From: Raillietiella orientalis
Lineage: Eukaryota
Direction: 5' to 3'
NCBI GenBank assembly: GCA_036172245.1
Contig: JAYWIR010000063.1
Coordinates: forward strand, 62,001 to 126,000
Length of the DNA: 64,000 bases
In this document: positions 62,341 to 64,000 of the stretch, one piece after another
Position numbering within the stretch: position 1 is the first letter of the stretch
How the letters are laid out: each line of letters starts with the position of its first letter
The notes under the pieces: generated by a model
The model's input: the letters and a program-made list of their open reading frames with translations, nothing else
What the model was told of the DNA's origin: nothing
Database searches by the model: none
Made by a program: the position numbers and the translations under genes

Positions 62341-64000
62341 CGCCTGGATGGCGGAAGAGTCTCACCTTCCAGTCCGGGCACACGCAAAGAAGCACCGGGC
62401 CTCTCCTTGGCTGCCGCACGCTTCGCTTCGCGGGAGCGACTCACGCTCGCAAGCACGCGGTCTCTCGGACCCGCCGGTGGAACACGCTCCCGTTGCCGTG
62501 CCGACCGCCGACGGGGACCCCCGAAGCTAGGAAGCGCAGCAGCAGCAGAAGGATAACATCAACTCTGCCACGGGGATCGTAAGCGCCGCCGAGACGAACG
62601 GTGAGGCCAGCGCTGCTAAAGTAGCTGGCGGAAGGAAGCGACGGAACTTGTCGGGCGGTCGTCTAGGCAACGCCGTTTTTCGTTTCCACGAGGCATGTGG
62701 CTTTCCTCCTCCTTCCAAGGATGCCCCCATGAAAAGTGGAGACCTCGGAAGCACCTGCAAAAGAGGAAACTAAACGAGAGGGGGGGAGCAGAGGGAGATG
62801 GCGGCGCCGTTCGCGTTTCGGCGCCGCGACTCAGAGACAAACCCTCTGTGCGCACCTAGGCGAGTGCCTGGCGTTGCCTTGGCTTCGCGGCTTTCCGAGA
62901 CGCAGTTCCCGTCCTAGGAAGCGCGGTGGGGGGGGGGGGGGGGGGTCGTGAGGAGGGGAACGGCGGGCCCAACAGCCGGTTCCTTCTGCCCGAGAGAAAG
63001 AAAGCTCGCTGGGACGCAGCGGAAAATCGGTGGCGTCTTCCGCAATCGGACCGCCGGCCGCCGTCTCCGAGAGACGCAGATCGAATCGTCCGTTCCGAGT
63101 CTCTTCGTTGCCACGGCCACTTCCTCGCGCAGCTCCTCGGAGACGGATTCGAGGGGCGCGCGACGGGGGAAAGACGCGAAGATCCGTTGCGCCTGGCGAT
63201 GGAGAGGTTTCGAAGAAGGGGACCCTCCCGTTGACAGTCGAGCGGCCTTGGTTCCCGCATCGGGTTTCCCGGAGCAACAGCAGCACCCGTTTCTTGGAGC
63301 GGCCGTTCTTCTGGCTGGCGGTGCGGCGTTCGGCGCAGGGCTCGAGCGGCCGAAGGATCTCGAGCCGCCGGTTCCTCGTCCCCCCCGTGGCCTGGAAGGG
63401 ATGGAGGGGCGGTACTCGACGCCCCAGCACGTCTTTCTCACCCACTGCGTTGATTCCACTCCGAATGGATCCAAAAAATAGAATCGAATAGAATGGAGCA
63501 GAACGCTGCCGCCGCTTACTCCTGGCGGCGGCCTTTTTGCCTTCCAGGTAGCCGAAGAGTCGAGCGGTGCATTGGCGCGCGCACTTTCTGGCTGCTGCTG
63601 CTGATGGCACCCCTTGCGTTACTTCGCTACCGGCTGCATCCGCTCCGGGGGCTGCGAAACCGGAAGCTCGGAGGCTGTGCGTTTTTGCCTTTCCCTCCTC
63701 CTCTTCCATTCGGCCCCTCTCCTCTCCTTCCAGCTTTCCTCCCCTCCCCCCCTCTCTCTCTCTCTCCGACTCTTCGACCGGAGTTCTCGCCTCGCACGTC
63801 ACCGGCAGTCGATGAACGATCTGCGTCCCGACGGACGGTTTCCAACGCCACCGCCGATTGGCGGAACCGCGCCCTCCCGGGAAACGGGAAGGGCGACGCA
63901 CGGGGATACGACGTGTGCGTTCCCCCTTTCTCGCCCTACCTCTCCTCGCCGGGAACCTGCGGAGAAGATTCAACTTTCCAGAAGCCTTCCGGGAAGGGGC

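Noticed and set aside
60497..63973. Long ORFs of 467 aa and 380 aa
   Set aside because: Low-complexity Arg/Pro/Gly/Ser frames in GC-rich DNA, overlapping on both strands, with no recognisable domain.

Overview
Eukaryotic (inferred arthropod) genomic DNA. It holds two host genes arranged head to head. The first is a complete 7-coding-exon amyloid precursor protein-like gene (APP/APPL, minus strand, 39556-53809, about 713 aa if spliced as read). The second is the first coding exon of a Fuseless-family membrane protein (plus strand, 57865-58389). Most of the rest is decayed non-LTR retrotransposons: an L1/Tx1-like family A (>10 fragments, sharing a structured 3' UTR that ends in a CCCGG-N5-CCGGG hairpin and no poly(A)); a second L1/Tx1-like family B with one young insertion flanked by a perfect 17-bp target-site duplication (TSD); and several restriction-like-endonuclease (RLE; Utopia/NeSL-type) elements. 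One RLE copy is still joined at its AATAAAA end to a decayed U2 snRNA gene (34061-34195). A further dispersed repeat (family C) carries tandem tRNA-like B-box motifs and may be the 5' part of the RLE element. Other observations: three consecutive 3n, stop-free short introns in APP; two CpG deserts of about 1 kb; a 332-bp near-identical local duplication; and a 102-bp tandem triplication. Most entries in the ORF track are spurious GC-rich frames. All calls were made by eye with no database searches, and transposon boundaries are approximate.
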